From an uncultured Bacteroidota bacterium (GTDB lineage: Bacteria; Bacteroidota; Bacteroidia; NS11-12g; UBA955): a stretch of 33,246 nt of DNA. The stretch is from positions 1 through 33,246 of the forward strand of contig CAJBKH010000103.1 of NCBI GenBank assembly GCA_903953615.1, read 5' to 3'. Numbering within the stretch: the first letter of the stretch is position 1; each line of letters starts with the position of its first letter. Under the pieces are notes generated by a model. It was not told the origin of the DNA. It was given only the letters and a program-made list of their open reading frames with translations, and ran no database searches. Shown here in pieces: positions 1 to 8,761 of the stretch. The translations under genes were made by a program, and so were the position numbers.

Positions 1-453
1 AGTGAATTGCATTTAAAAGAGGAAATAGAAAAAACAATCAATGGAATTAATGCAATCGTTTCTAGTTCAAATACACGCATTGTTAATAATATTCCCGAAA
101 ACTTAGTTGTTCATTTCGTGCCTTCCTACCTCGAAAGTATTTTATTAAATTTGTTAACCAATGCAATTAAATATAAGTCGCCAGAGAGAAATCCAATCAT
201 TGAATTAAGTGTTGAGAGAAATTTAAGTTTTACAGTGTTAGCAATAAAGGACAATGGATTGGGAATTGATTTAAAAAAGAATAAGGAAAAGTTGTTTGGT
301 ATGTATAAGACTTTTCATAACAATAGCGATGCCAGAGGTTTTGGGTTGTTTATTACTAAAAATCAAATTGAGGCCATGGGTGGTAAGATTGAAGTTGAAA
401 GTGAGTTAGGTAAAGGATCTACTTTTAAAATATATATCAATGAACAAAATTAA
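1..453 (+). CDS. sensor histidine kinase, C-terminal HATPase domain (5' end cut by window edge)
   Basis: Frame 1 is open from base 1 (SELHLKEE...), so the TTG at 7 is not the real start. N box LLNLLTNAIKY, G1 DNGLGID, F box FGMYKTF, G2 GFGLFI. Overlaps the next gene by 14 nt. Confidence 0.9.
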   Translation, partial: SELHLKEEIEKTINGINAIVSSSNTRIVNNIPENLVVHFVPSYLESILLNLLTNAIKYKSPERNPIIELSVERNLSFTVLAIKDNGLGIDLKKNKEKLFGMYKTFHNNSDARGFGLFITKNQIEAMGGKIEVESELGKGSTFKIYINEQN

Positions 454-835
454 AAAAGCTTACATTATTGATGATGATGAAATTATTGTTTATTTAACAG
501 ATAAAATCATCAAAGAAGAAAATTTTTGCGAACACAGCGAAACATTTAAGAATGGTCAGTTAGCGCTTGATAGATTGAAAGCTGTAATTGCAAACAAGGA
601 GCCCTTGCCTGACGTCATGTTAGTTGATATTAACATGCCAATCATGGATGGTTGGGAATTGATGGATGAGATTGTTAAATTGCCTATCAATCCGCCAATT
701 CCACTCATTATCTTTACTTCGTCAATTAATCCAGCAGATAGAGAAAAGGCACTCACTTATTCAACCATAAAGGGCTATATTCAAAAGCCTTTAACAGTAA
801 TTAAACTTGATAAAATTCTGCGATTAATTTCCTAA
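440..835 (+). CDS. stand-alone response regulator receiver domain (CheY-like)
   Basis: 131 aa. Acidic pocket IIDDDE, phospho-acceptor context MLVDINMPIMDG, FTSS and KPL motifs. No output domain. Translationally coupled to the kinase. Confidence 0.9.
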   Translation: MNKIKKAYIIDDDEIIVYLTDKIIKEENFCEHSETFKNGQLALDRLKAVIANKEPLPDVMLVDINMPIMDGWELMDEIVKLPINPPIPLIIFTSSINPADREKALTYSTIKGYIQKPLTVIKLDKILRLIS

Positions 836-918
836 CAGCATTTAATTTATAACAGTTACAATATTGCAAATATTGTATAACTCATCTATTTTTGTTTGCT
901 ATAAAAGTAATTTACAAA

Positions 919-1638
919 ATGAACAAAAAAGCACTCATTGGGTTTAATATCATAACACTTTGCCTTTTAATTGCAATTGTGTTGAAGGAACATTATCCGC
1001 AAAAAATATGGCATTACTTTAAAAAACCTTCACAAAAGGAGCAAGAGAAGTTGAGTTACTGGCTGAATCGCGATCAACTTTTTAAAGCATTGCCCCATGA
1101 TTCAAATTCAATTGTTTTTTTAGGGACAAGTTTAACAGAGAATTTTGAATTGAATGAAATTTTTCACCAGTGTAATTACAAAAACAGAGGTATTACGTCA
1201 GATGTAACCGAAGGGATTTTAAATAGATTAGATCCAATAATATTGGACCAACCAAAAAAAATATTAATTGAGGCGGGCATCAATGATTTAGGGAAGGGTG
1301 TAGGCGAAACACAAATGCTCTCTAATTATACAGCGATTATTGACCGATTACAGAAAGAATGCCCTAAAACAGAGCTCTTTATTCAAAGCATTTTTCCTGT
1401 TGCTAATACAGGGCAATACCCAACATATAATAACAGCGCTAACAATGCCGCCATTTTACGAGCCAATAAGGCGCTACAAGCGCTGGCAACTGCTAAAGGA
1501 ATAATCTATATTGATTTGTATCCAAATTTTACAGCGAATGGTGAAATAAAGCCTGAGTATGTGATAGAAGATGGTATTCATTTTAATGGGGCTGCTTATA
1601 ATTTATGGGCTCAACTATTAGCGCCCTATCTTCAATAA
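919..1638 (+). CDS. SGNH/GDSL-family hydrolase with N-terminal membrane anchor
   Basis: Block I FLGTSLTE, block III GINDLG, block V DGIHFN. ATG at 919 (MNKKALIGF..., hydrophobic anchor) preferred over the TTG at 892 in the ORF track. Confidence 0.8.
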   Translation: MNKKALIGFNIITLCLLIAIVLKEHYPQKIWHYFKKPSQKEQEKLSYWLNRDQLFKALPHDSNSIVFLGTSLTENFELNEIFHQCNYKNRGITSDVTEGILNRLDPIILDQPKKILIEAGINDLGKGVGETQMLSNYTAIIDRLQKECPKTELFIQSIFPVANTGQYPTYNNSANNAAILRANKALQALATAKGIIYIDLYPNFTANGEIKPEYVIEDGIHFNGAAYNLWAQLLAPYLQ

Positions 1639-2056
1639 TTTAATTTTTAAGATTGTTGTAAGCTAAGTGTTTACAATGAAATATTGACATAAGTCTATAA
1701 ATTGTCCACAGATTTATGAGTGTAATTTCGACGTTTTTTAAGCCGAATAATTGTTTTAAGTGCTATTGTTTTTGTTTGCATAATCGGGTATTGCTAATGC
1801 TTTTTTTTTATTCAATATGCATTAATTAGAAAGTCTAATTTTTCGCCATAGCTAGTATTTACATACCCTAGTTGAGTTAAATTAATGATTTTATTTTCAA
1901 TTAATCAGAAGTAAGTCTCCGCTCGTGGACCTCATTTTGAATGGTGTTTAAATCCGTGTTTGGAACAATATAAGAGAGCCGCTCTTTTCAACAAAATATT
2001 GGGGTAGTCTAAAATTGACTACGTAAAGCTACGCTTTAATTTAATTAACTAATGTG

Positions 2057-2064
2057 TAATTTTG
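2057..2064 (+). promoter_or_regulatory. Bacteroidota -7 box TAATTTTG upstream of the 83-aa membrane protein gene
   Basis: Exact TAnnTTTG match 32 nt upstream of the ATG at 2096. No clear -33 TTTG. Confidence 0.35.
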
Positions 2065-2095
2065 TTTTGGTTTTAAAATCACAACAATTTAAAAA

Positions 2096-2347
2096 ATGAA
2101 AACAATACACCTAATTTTCTTGGTTTTGTTGCCCTCGCTGCTAATCGGTTCAGTATTTTTCTTTTACCAAAATATGTCGTCTGGAATTTTTGAGTTGGTG
2201 GCATTTATATTGTCAAGTAATTTATTGTTGATTTATTCTTTAATTGTTGCTGTCGTAATCTTCAAAATGTTACGAAAGAAGCTCGCCCTTGTTGGTATTG
2301 AAATTACAACCATCTTTCATCAAAAATCAATTTCATCGTTTTCGTAA
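2096..2347 (+). CDS. small hypothetical membrane protein (2 predicted TM helices)
   Basis: 83-aa ORF with two long hydrophobic stretches (LIFLVLLPSLLIGSVFFF, LLLIYSLIVAVVIF). -7 box at 2057-2064. No recognisable family. Confidence 0.5.
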   Translation: MKTIHLIFLVLLPSLLIGSVFFFYQNMSSGIFELVAFILSSNLLLIYSLIVAVVIFKMLRKKLALVGIEITTIFHQKSISSFS

Positions 2348-2540
2348 TTGAAACCTTGTTATGAATTCAATTAGATATGATGTAAATCATTGAACAGATG
2401 ATGGAATGTTGTAAAACCTGTAACTAGTCATAAGAATGATAAATTTATATGGTCTAAATTTGCATTTTGTTTAATTCTTTAAGCAACTTTTTCTCATTAA
2501 CTCAGTTTGTTTATACAAACACACAAATCTAAATATAACG

Positions 2541-3257
2541 ATGCCTTTGAATATGAAAATACTCGCCATCATTCCCGCACGTGGAGGTTCAAAAGGTATA
2601 CACAGGAAAAATGTAAAACAGTTAGGGGATAAGCCTTTAATGGCATATACCATTCAACGCGCATTAGAATCAAAATTGATACACACAGTAATGGTAAGTA
2701 CTGAGGATAGAGAAATAGCTAGTGTCGCTGAACAGCTCGGTTTAAAAGTGCCATTTATGCGACCCGAAAGATTAGCACAAGATTTTACGCCTTCGTTAGA
2801 TGTTGTCATTAATGTGTTGGAAACGTATAAAAAACATGACAAGTTCTTTGATGCTGTGATGATTTTAGAACCTACCAATCCTTTTCGTACAGCTAATGAG
2901 ATTGATGAATGCATTCGCATTTTCAAGGCAAAGGATTCAGATTCTTTAATTTCAGTTAAGGAGGTGCCACCTCAATATAATCCGCATTGGGTTTTCGAGG
3001 AGAATGAAGATTCGATTTTGCACAAAGCAATTGGAGAAAATGGCATTATTGCAAGACGACAGATTTTGCCAAAAGCCTTTGCGCGTGATGGGTCAGTGTA
3101 TCTTACAAAAGTAGATGTTGTTTTGAATCAGCGGAGTTTGTTTGGAGAAACCATAGCGTATCGTTTGAATGACAATCCGAATCAAATAAACATTGACAGT
3201 ATAGAGGATTGGAAAGCTGCGGAGAAGGTTGTAAAGCAAAAGTTATTTTCAATTTAA
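2541..3257 (+). CDS. acylneuraminate/CMP-sugar cytidylyltransferase family protein (NeuA/KdsB fold)
   Basis: N-terminal signature KILAIIPARGGSKGIHRKN, typical of CMP-NeuAc/CMP-Kdo-type cytidylyltransferases. Start may be the ATG at 2553 (MKILAII...). TAAATTTG -7-like box at 2455-2462. Confidence 0.85.
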   Translation: MPLNMKILAIIPARGGSKGIHRKNVKQLGDKPLMAYTIQRALESKLIHTVMVSTEDREIASVAEQLGLKVPFMRPERLAQDFTPSLDVVINVLETYKKHDKFFDAVMILEPTNPFRTANEIDECIRIFKAKDSDSLISVKEVPPQYNPHWVFEENEDSILHKAIGENGIIARRQILPKAFARDGSVYLTKVDVVLNQRSLFGETIAYRLNDNPNQINIDSIEDWKAAEKVVKQKLFSI

Positions 3258-3357
3258 AAGGTGGGTTAAGGTAAATTAGTCCTAATTTAATGTTTAGCTA
3301 TTTCTTTTTCAGATTCATTATGTTAAATTGCGCATCCAAAATATCAAACAGTTTATT

Positions 3358-4245
3358 ATGACCAATGCTTCATTGCCGCTTAATTTAAGACATTTATATA
3401 CCCCAAAATCATTCTTTTTAATGCTTGTTGGGGTATTTTTAGCAGTATTCGCACTTAAGGGTTTTATGATTCCAAATGGATTTTTAGATGGAGGCGTTAC
3501 GGGGATTTCAATACTTATTCATGATTTGTACAAAATCAATTTTGGTTTATTGGTATTGGTCATAAATTTAATATTTATTATTCCAGCATACCATTATGTC
3601 GGAAAATTATTTGCAATACGTTCTTTTATTGCTATATTCTTGCTAAGTATTGGAGTCGAGCTACTCAAAATAGATCCAATCACCACAGATAAGTTATTAA
3701 TTGCAGTTTTCGGTGGAGCATTCATTGGATTAGGCATGGGCTTAGTAATCAGATCGGGTGCAGCTATTGATGGTTTTGAAGTGTTAGCAGTTTTTACCAC
3801 AAGGAAAATTGGGTTTTCTATCAGTGAGGTTATATTGTTTTTTAATTCCTTAATATTTTTAACGGCAGCCTTTCATTTTGGTTTAGAAAGTGCCATGTAT
3901 TCAATAATCACTTATTTTGCAGCAGTTAAAATGGTCGATTATGTGGTCGATGGAATCGAGGAATATATTGCACTCACTATTATTTCAAAGGAGCCCGATA
4001 ATATAAAGGCTTTATTAGTCAATCATTTTGGAAAAGGCATCACTGTTTACAAAGGTGAACGCGGTTATTTGCCTGGTAATTTTCATGTCAAAGTAGATTG
4101 CGATATTGTGACCACCATTGTAACGCGTTTGGAGTTATTAAATATCAACGATAAAATTTCTAAAATGGATCCCACTGCTTTTATGTATACCAACAAAATA
4201 AAAGAAACTAAAGGCGGTATCATTAAACAAAGGATAAAGCATTAA
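3358..4245 (+). CDS. YitT-family membrane protein (DUF2179 C-terminal domain)
   Basis: Multi-TM N-terminal part with the LDGGVTGISIL motif. Soluble C-terminal domain (ITVYKGERGY...TRLE) as in YitT/DUF2179 proteins. ATG at 3358 preferred over the TTG at 3328. Confidence 0.8.
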   Translation: MTNASLPLNLRHLYTPKSFFLMLVGVFLAVFALKGFMIPNGFLDGGVTGISILIHDLYKINFGLLVLVINLIFIIPAYHYVGKLFAIRSFIAIFLLSIGVELLKIDPITTDKLLIAVFGGAFIGLGMGLVIRSGAAIDGFEVLAVFTTRKIGFSISEVILFFNSLIFLTAAFHFGLESAMYSIITYFAAVKMVDYVVDGIEEYIALTIISKEPDNIKALLVNHFGKGITVYKGERGYLPGNFHVKVDCDIVTTIVTRLELLNINDKISKMDPTAFMYTNKIKETKGGIIKQRIKH

Positions 4246-4267
4246 ACGTTACTTTGCGTCAATAAAA

Positions 4268-4996
4268 TTATCCGTTTTTTGTTATTTTGAAAATAATTTC
4301 GGCATTCAAAAAGCCTAATTTGATTTGCTCTGATTCTGAATAATTCGCTTTAAAATTAAGTGTACTTACAAGGCAACCAGCCTGTGTTAATCGATCCCTA
4401 AAATCTAATCCGTATTGTCTTACATGGTCGCTTTGACCATAGTTCAAGAAACGCAGCGCATCAGTATTCGCATTTGGGTTGTGATAGGTTTTTTCTAATT
4501 CAGGAAAATACGGGACTACAATATAGCAAATGCCAGTTGGCTTAAGTACTTTCAATAAATTTTGAATGGCGAGCGTATCTTGTTCTATATGCTCTAAAAC
4601 ATGGCTGCAAAGAATGAGATCGAATACATTGTTTTGAAATTTTAAATCTGTTATGTCCATGGCTTGCACATATTTAGGGTATTCGTATCCGCTTTCAAAT
4701 TTGTCGATGGCAAAATAATTAACGTGCTTGTTTTTGCGAAATCGTTCGCTTAATGCAAACTCAGGTGCTATGTGAAGTAGGGTTGTGTTTGTTTTGTTTT
4801 GCGCTATGAAATCAGTACTCAAACTATATAACTGTCTGTGTCTGTCAATTGAATTACAACCCGGACAGCGGGCATGTGCTTTAGACTCATCGCCCGAAGG
4901 CAAAAATGTCAAGAAATTATTTTCACAAACGCAGCAATACACATTGCCGCCTTTCAATGTAATTTTTCTTATCCAATTAATGAATTTTTTTAACAT
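4268..4996 (-). CDS. class I SAM-dependent methyltransferase with N-terminal four-Cys zinc-ribbon
   Basis: CCVC...CPGC pairs near the N terminus. The body shows a Methyltransf_11-like pattern (FDLILCSHVLEHI, LKPTG). Confidence 0.75.
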   Translation of the reverse strand: MLKKFINWIRKITLKGGNVYCCVCENNFLTFLPSGDESKAHARCPGCNSIDRHRQLYSLSTDFIAQNKTNTTLLHIAPEFALSERFRKNKHVNYFAIDKFESGYEYPKYVQAMDITDLKFQNNVFDLILCSHVLEHIEQDTLAIQNLLKVLKPTGICYIVVPYFPELEKTYHNPNANTDALRFLNYGQSDHVRQYGLDFRDRLTQAGCLVSTLNFKANYSESEQIKLGFLNAEIIFKITKNG

Positions 4997-5107
4997 GATC
5001 GCTACTGCAATAATAATTCTTAAAACAATACGTTATTAGATTCTGAACTTTCAAATTAAAAGTTTAATTTTTTACAGAACTATGACACGGACAAAAAAGT
5101 ATTCCAA

Positions 5108-5115
5108 TATTTTTG
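5108..5115 (+). promoter_or_regulatory. -7 box TATTTTTG upstream of apaG
   Basis: Exact TAnnTTTG 10 nt before the ATG at 5125. It covers the TTG at 5113 listed in the ORF track, which argues for 5125 as the start. Confidence 0.4.
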
Positions 5116-5124
5116 CGCTATAGA

Positions 5125-5511
5125 ATGAAGGTAGCCGAAACATATGACATAAGAATTTCTGTTGAAACAGAATATATCGCTTTGCAAAGTGATCCTGACA
5201 ACGGGGAGTACTTTTTTGCCTACCGAATTAAAATTCAAAATAACAGCACGCACACCGTGCAATTATTAAGAAGGAATTGGTTTATTGCAGATGCTACACA
5301 CGAAATTCGCGAAATAGAAGGAGAGGGTGTTATTGGCTTACAACCCGTGTTAGCGCCAGGCGAATCGCATGCCTACCGTTCTGGTTGCATTCTGAAAAGT
5401 GAAATTGGCGCCATGTGGGGTTATTATACTTTTGAGAGAAATTTTTCTGAAAGTTTAATTGAAGTTGAAATTCCACGCTTCGAATTGGTAGCTCCTTGGC
5501 TTAACAATTAA
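5125..5511 (+). CDS. apaG: ApaG (DUF525) protein
   Basis: Full-length resemblance to ApaG: ISVETEY...QSDPDNGEYFFAYRIKIQN, W.I.DA....E..GEGV.G.QP.L.PGE...Y.S. Confidence 0.9.
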   Translation: MKVAETYDIRISVETEYIALQSDPDNGEYFFAYRIKIQNNSTHTVQLLRRNWFIADATHEIREIEGEGVIGLQPVLAPGESHAYRSGCILKSEIGAMWGYYTFERNFSESLIEVEIPRFELVAPWLNN

Positions 5512-5524
5512 ATCAATTTTCTTT

Positions 5525-5554
5525 TTTGAAATTTATTTCACTTGATTATATTTG
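5525..5554 (+). promoter_or_regulatory. complete Bacteroidota promoter (TTTG-N18-TATATTTG)
   Basis: TTTG at 5525-5528 and TATATTTG at 5547-5554, 15 nt upstream of the ATG at 5569. It lies downstream of the TTG at 5542 in the ORF track, so 5569 is the likelier start. Confidence 0.5.
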
Positions 5555-5568
5555 GTGTGTTATTTCAT

Positions 5569-6111
5569 ATGCAACCTGCAAGATTCAAATCATATTGGTT
5601 AGTTTTACTCTTGGGGCATCTGTTTTTAAGTGCTTATTTAAATGACCCTATACGGCCATTAAACATCCGGATAAATAATGGGGAGTTTAAGATTGATAAA
5701 TTAATAGTTAGCGAAAATTGGTATTTGCCGCCTCTGAAAAACAAACTAGGAACGCCTGAAAAAATTATTAAAGGGGTTAATAATACTTATACCTACACTG
5801 AATTTGGGTTGGTGTTGTTTGAAGGAATTGACTCCATTCTAAATGAAATTCAAATCTTTTACAATTTACAAAACCCTACAAAGGTTTCTCCCTATAGTGT
5901 TTATCGCGGTGATTTGAAAATAGACAAGTTACGTGTAGATAGAAATTTAACCAAAGACTTAATGACAAGCAGTTTGATTAAATGGAACCCAAGTCCAAGT
6001 TTCTCACCCCATTTATACCGAGCCGAGAAAGACGGCATTTATCTGTATTTTGAATTTACAGAAGATGAAAAAAATTTAGTAAAGGTGAGTATCGGTCGTG
6101 TTAAAGCATAG
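5569..6111 (+). CDS. hypothetical secreted or membrane-anchored protein
   Basis: 180-aa ORF with an N-terminal hydrophobic segment (YWLVLLLGHLFLSAYL) and its own promoter. No recognisable motif. Confidence 0.6.
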   Translation: MQPARFKSYWLVLLLGHLFLSAYLNDPIRPLNIRINNGEFKIDKLIVSENWYLPPLKNKLGTPEKIIKGVNNTYTYTEFGLVLFEGIDSILNEIQIFYNLQNPTKVSPYSVYRGDLKIDKLRVDRNLTKDLMTSSLIKWNPSPSFSPHLYRAEKDGIYLYFEFTEDEKNLVKVSIGRVKA

Positions 6112-6207
6112 GTTTAATTGCCAAAGCGACAATCCTCGAAAAAAGATTATTTTTGCACCATTCTAATAGAAACAAGTTAAATTGTTTTAATCTGTTAATG
6201 CAAAGCC

Positions 6208-6804
6208 ATGGTATTTGAATTTTTAAAACTCAATAAGAAAATAACCGACAACGAGTTCGATACTATCTATCCTGAAAATCTGAAGAAGCTTGGGCACGTG
6301 CATTGGACACCAGTCGAAGTAGCCATAGAGGCGGTCGCATTTTTAACGGATATTAAATCACCTAATATTTTAGACATAGGGTCGGGTGCGGGTAAATTTT
6401 GTTTGATTGGAGCTGCCATTACAAAAGCTGATTTTACTGGGGTGGAATTAAGACCAGAATTATACAAATTGGCCAAACGCATTGCGAAACATTATGGTTT
6501 GCCAAATACACAATTTATAAATTCAAATATTCTAGAAGTTGATTTTTCGCCTTATAACGCTTTTTATTATTTCAATCCCTTTTATGAAAATATTGAGCAA
6601 GTCAATACCATCGATGATACATTGGATTTGAAAACACAGAACTATAATATTTATACAAAGTATGTGAAGCAACAATTGGAAGGCATGCCTAAAGGGACAC
6701 GATTGGTAACCTATTGGAGCAGCGCTAAAGATGTGCCTTTGAATTACACATTACAAGGAGAAAGTATGAATGGGTTGCTGGAAATGTGGGAGAAAACATA
6801 TTAG
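6208..6804 (+). CDS. class I SAM-dependent methyltransferase
   Basis: Motif I ILDIGSGAGKFCLIGA followed by the acidic GVELR. TATTTTTG -7 box at 6148-6155. Its stop overlaps the stop of the convergent TPR gene by 4 nt. Confidence 0.75.
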   Translation: MVFEFLKLNKKITDNEFDTIYPENLKKLGHVHWTPVEVAIEAVAFLTDIKSPNILDIGSGAGKFCLIGAAITKADFTGVELRPELYKLAKRIAKHYGLPNTQFINSNILEVDFSPYNAFYYFNPFYENIEQVNTIDDTLDLKTQNYNIYTKYVKQQLEGMPKGTRLVTYWSSAKDVPLNYTLQGESMNGLLEMWEKTY

Positions 6805-8627
6805 TCACCATAGTATTCAGTAGGCTTTTCGTTGTCATCGCCTCTTAAATATCGGAAACGTTTCCTTGCCTCATTCGCAAATAAACTGCCTGTGTAGTTT
6901 AAAATAATTTTTTCATACAGCTGTTTGGCCTTCTCTGTATCCTTTAACTTAAATTCATAGAGTTTAGCTAAATTGATTAAAGCATTGTCTGCTAAAATAT
7001 CGAATCCATAATCCTTGTATACTTTGGTATAATAAACAATGGCATCGTTAAAATTGCCTTGTTTTTCGGCAATCACCGCTTTCGAAAAATAGATTTCATC
7101 GGCCAGTGTATGTTGCGGAAATTTATTGGGAATTTCATCTAGTGCAATGGCCGCCTCTGTTAACTTGTTTTGAAAAATCAATAACTCTGCATTGGCATAA
7201 AGTGCCATGGCTTCTTCAGTACTATCGAGTCCAATGTTGTCTTGTATCAAAAGCCACAAGCGCAAAGCATTATTGCTAATCAATTGTGAGGTGGCATTTT
7301 TTAGAACATCTAATTGTGTTTGGCACCAGCTGAATTCTCCCCTGAAATAACATAAACGGGCATACCTAAATTTAGCTTCTTGTCCTAATTCATCCGTATT
7401 GAAAGTTTTCTCAACTTGTTTGTATAATAAATCAGCTTCCCATGGGTCGCCATTAATTAAAAGGGCATCGCCTAAACTCAATTTGCATTTTGCCAATACA
7501 AAGGGCTGTATTTCGCGCATTTTAAGCGCCTTGTTCAGTTCGGCAATGCCTTTTTCATTTTCATGCAAATAGTAAATATAGAGTTCGGCCAATTGTTCCA
7601 TTTGTTCTGTAGTTTGCCAATTGTTGCCATTGGTATTTAAAAAAGAAATGTATTCTTTTTCAAGCAATCGGAGATTTACAATATCGGCACCATTACTTGC
7701 TTTAATTTGTAACAAGCCATTTTGTAAAACGCCTTGTTGCGCTTGGTAAAAATAGCGTTTATCAGCACCTAATAGTTTGACGTATTCAAAACATTGAATG
7801 GCGATATCGTATACTTCGTTGCTTTGACAAATCCATCCCAATTCAATGATTTTACGACCTTCTTCATTCAGTCGTTTGTCTACTGATTTCGATTGTAACA
7901 GTGCCCCTTGCCAATCTTTTTGTTGAATAAAACTCCAAATCAAAAGGTCGTTGTAAACCAAGTTCTCTGGATTTTTTTGAAGTTTTTGAAGTGTGTTTTT
8001 AGAGAGTATATCATAGTCCTTGCGGTTGCGGTATACCATCATCAACTTATCCTTCACCTCTTGAATTGCAAAATCATAATGACTTGCATAAAGCACTAGT
8101 TCATTGGTGCCATTGGCTAATTCACCCATTACAAAATACAGTTCTGCTATTTCGAAAGTAAAAAGATAATCATCATTCAATGCCTTTCGTCCTTTTTCAT
8201 AAGCCTGCAATGCTTGGGCATAATACTGCCTTTTCAAAAAGGCATTTGCTAAATTGTCAACACTGAATTGCTCAGTAAATTTAATGTCTAAAAGTTTTTT
8301 AAAAAGTTTGTCGCGTTCTTGGTCGAGTGTTTGTAAACTATAGAGGTAGCCTTTGTCAACTTGGTAGCCGTAATTGTTTTCGTATTTTTTTATGCGCTTG
8401 TCTACGAGTTTATCTGCGGCTTTAAAATCTTTAAGAAGGATGTAGCATTGTAATAAGTTTTCGTAGTAGTAAATTGATTCAGGTTGCTTTTTTGCAAGCG
8501 ATTCGTATAAGTCTGCAGCTTTTGAATACGCCTTCTCAGTCATGTATTGTGCCGCCAATTTTTCATCATTGTTTTGGGCTGATAAAGAAAAGGTAGCAAA
8601 AAATAAAATTATACAATAACGAAGCAT
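6801..8627 (-). CDS. secreted tetratricopeptide-repeat (TPR) protein
   Basis: 608 aa. Signal peptide MLRYCIILFFATFSLSAQ. Repeated A..Y/A..L..A TPR-like 34-residue periodicity throughout. -7 box TAACTTTG (complement of 8632-8639) sits only 4 nt from the ATG. Confidence 0.85.
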   Translation of the reverse strand: MLRYCIILFFATFSLSAQNNDEKLAAQYMTEKAYSKAADLYESLAKKQPESIYYYENLLQCYILLKDFKAADKLVDKRIKKYENNYGYQVDKGYLYSLQTLDQERDKLFKKLLDIKFTEQFSVDNLANAFLKRQYYAQALQAYEKGRKALNDDYLFTFEIAELYFVMGELANGTNELVLYASHYDFAIQEVKDKLMMVYRNRKDYDILSKNTLQKLQKNPENLVYNDLLIWSFIQQKDWQGALLQSKSVDKRLNEEGRKIIELGWICQSNEVYDIAIQCFEYVKLLGADKRYFYQAQQGVLQNGLLQIKASNGADIVNLRLLEKEYISFLNTNGNNWQTTEQMEQLAELYIYYLHENEKGIAELNKALKMREIQPFVLAKCKLSLGDALLINGDPWEADLLYKQVEKTFNTDELGQEAKFRYARLCYFRGEFSWCQTQLDVLKNATSQLISNNALRLWLLIQDNIGLDSTEEAMALYANAELLIFQNKLTEAAIALDEIPNKFPQHTLADEIYFSKAVIAEKQGNFNDAIVYYTKVYKDYGFDILADNALINLAKLYEFKLKDTEKAKQLYEKIILNYTGSLFANEARKRFRYLRGDDNEKPTEYYGD

Positions 8628-8723
8628 TACACAAAGTTAACAAAAATCACTGTAATTTTATTGTCTTTAAGCATGTTAATAATATGCTGTATGAACTTAA
8701 AGTTAATTCTCGCCAAAAAAAAG

Positions 8724-8731
8724 TATTTTTG
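8724..8731 (+). promoter_or_regulatory. -7 box TATTTTTG upstream of anmK
   Basis: Exact TAnnTTTG 30 nt before the ATG at 8762 and inside the N-terminal extension of the ORF-track model (8684). This supports 8762 as the start. Confidence 0.4.
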
Positions 8732-8761
8732 CCCAAATCTATTCCAAAACAATCTAGTAGA

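Noticed and set aside
1716-1829. 37-aa Cys/Phe-rich ORF (MSVISTFFKPNNCFKCYCFCLHNRVLLMLFFYSICIN) in the 1639-2095 spacer
   Set aside because: The composition follows from T-rich DNA (TTT/TGT codons). I found no promoter box upstream and no recognisable peptide family.
6801-6804. 4-nt overlap of the stop codons of convergent genes (methyltransferase and TPR protein)
   Set aside because: This is a real sequence feature (TTAG read on both strands). It is a common compaction in bacterial genomes with no further signal attached.
8684-8761. N-terminal extensions in the ORF track from upstream TTG or ATG codons (8684, 892, 3328, 5113, 5542, 12906, 18480, 19386, 20080, 22650, 27771)
   Set aside because: In most cases a TAnnTTTG box lies inside or downstream of the extension, or the extension overlaps the upstream gene. 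In each case a downstream ATG gives the canonical family N terminus or a proper signal peptide.
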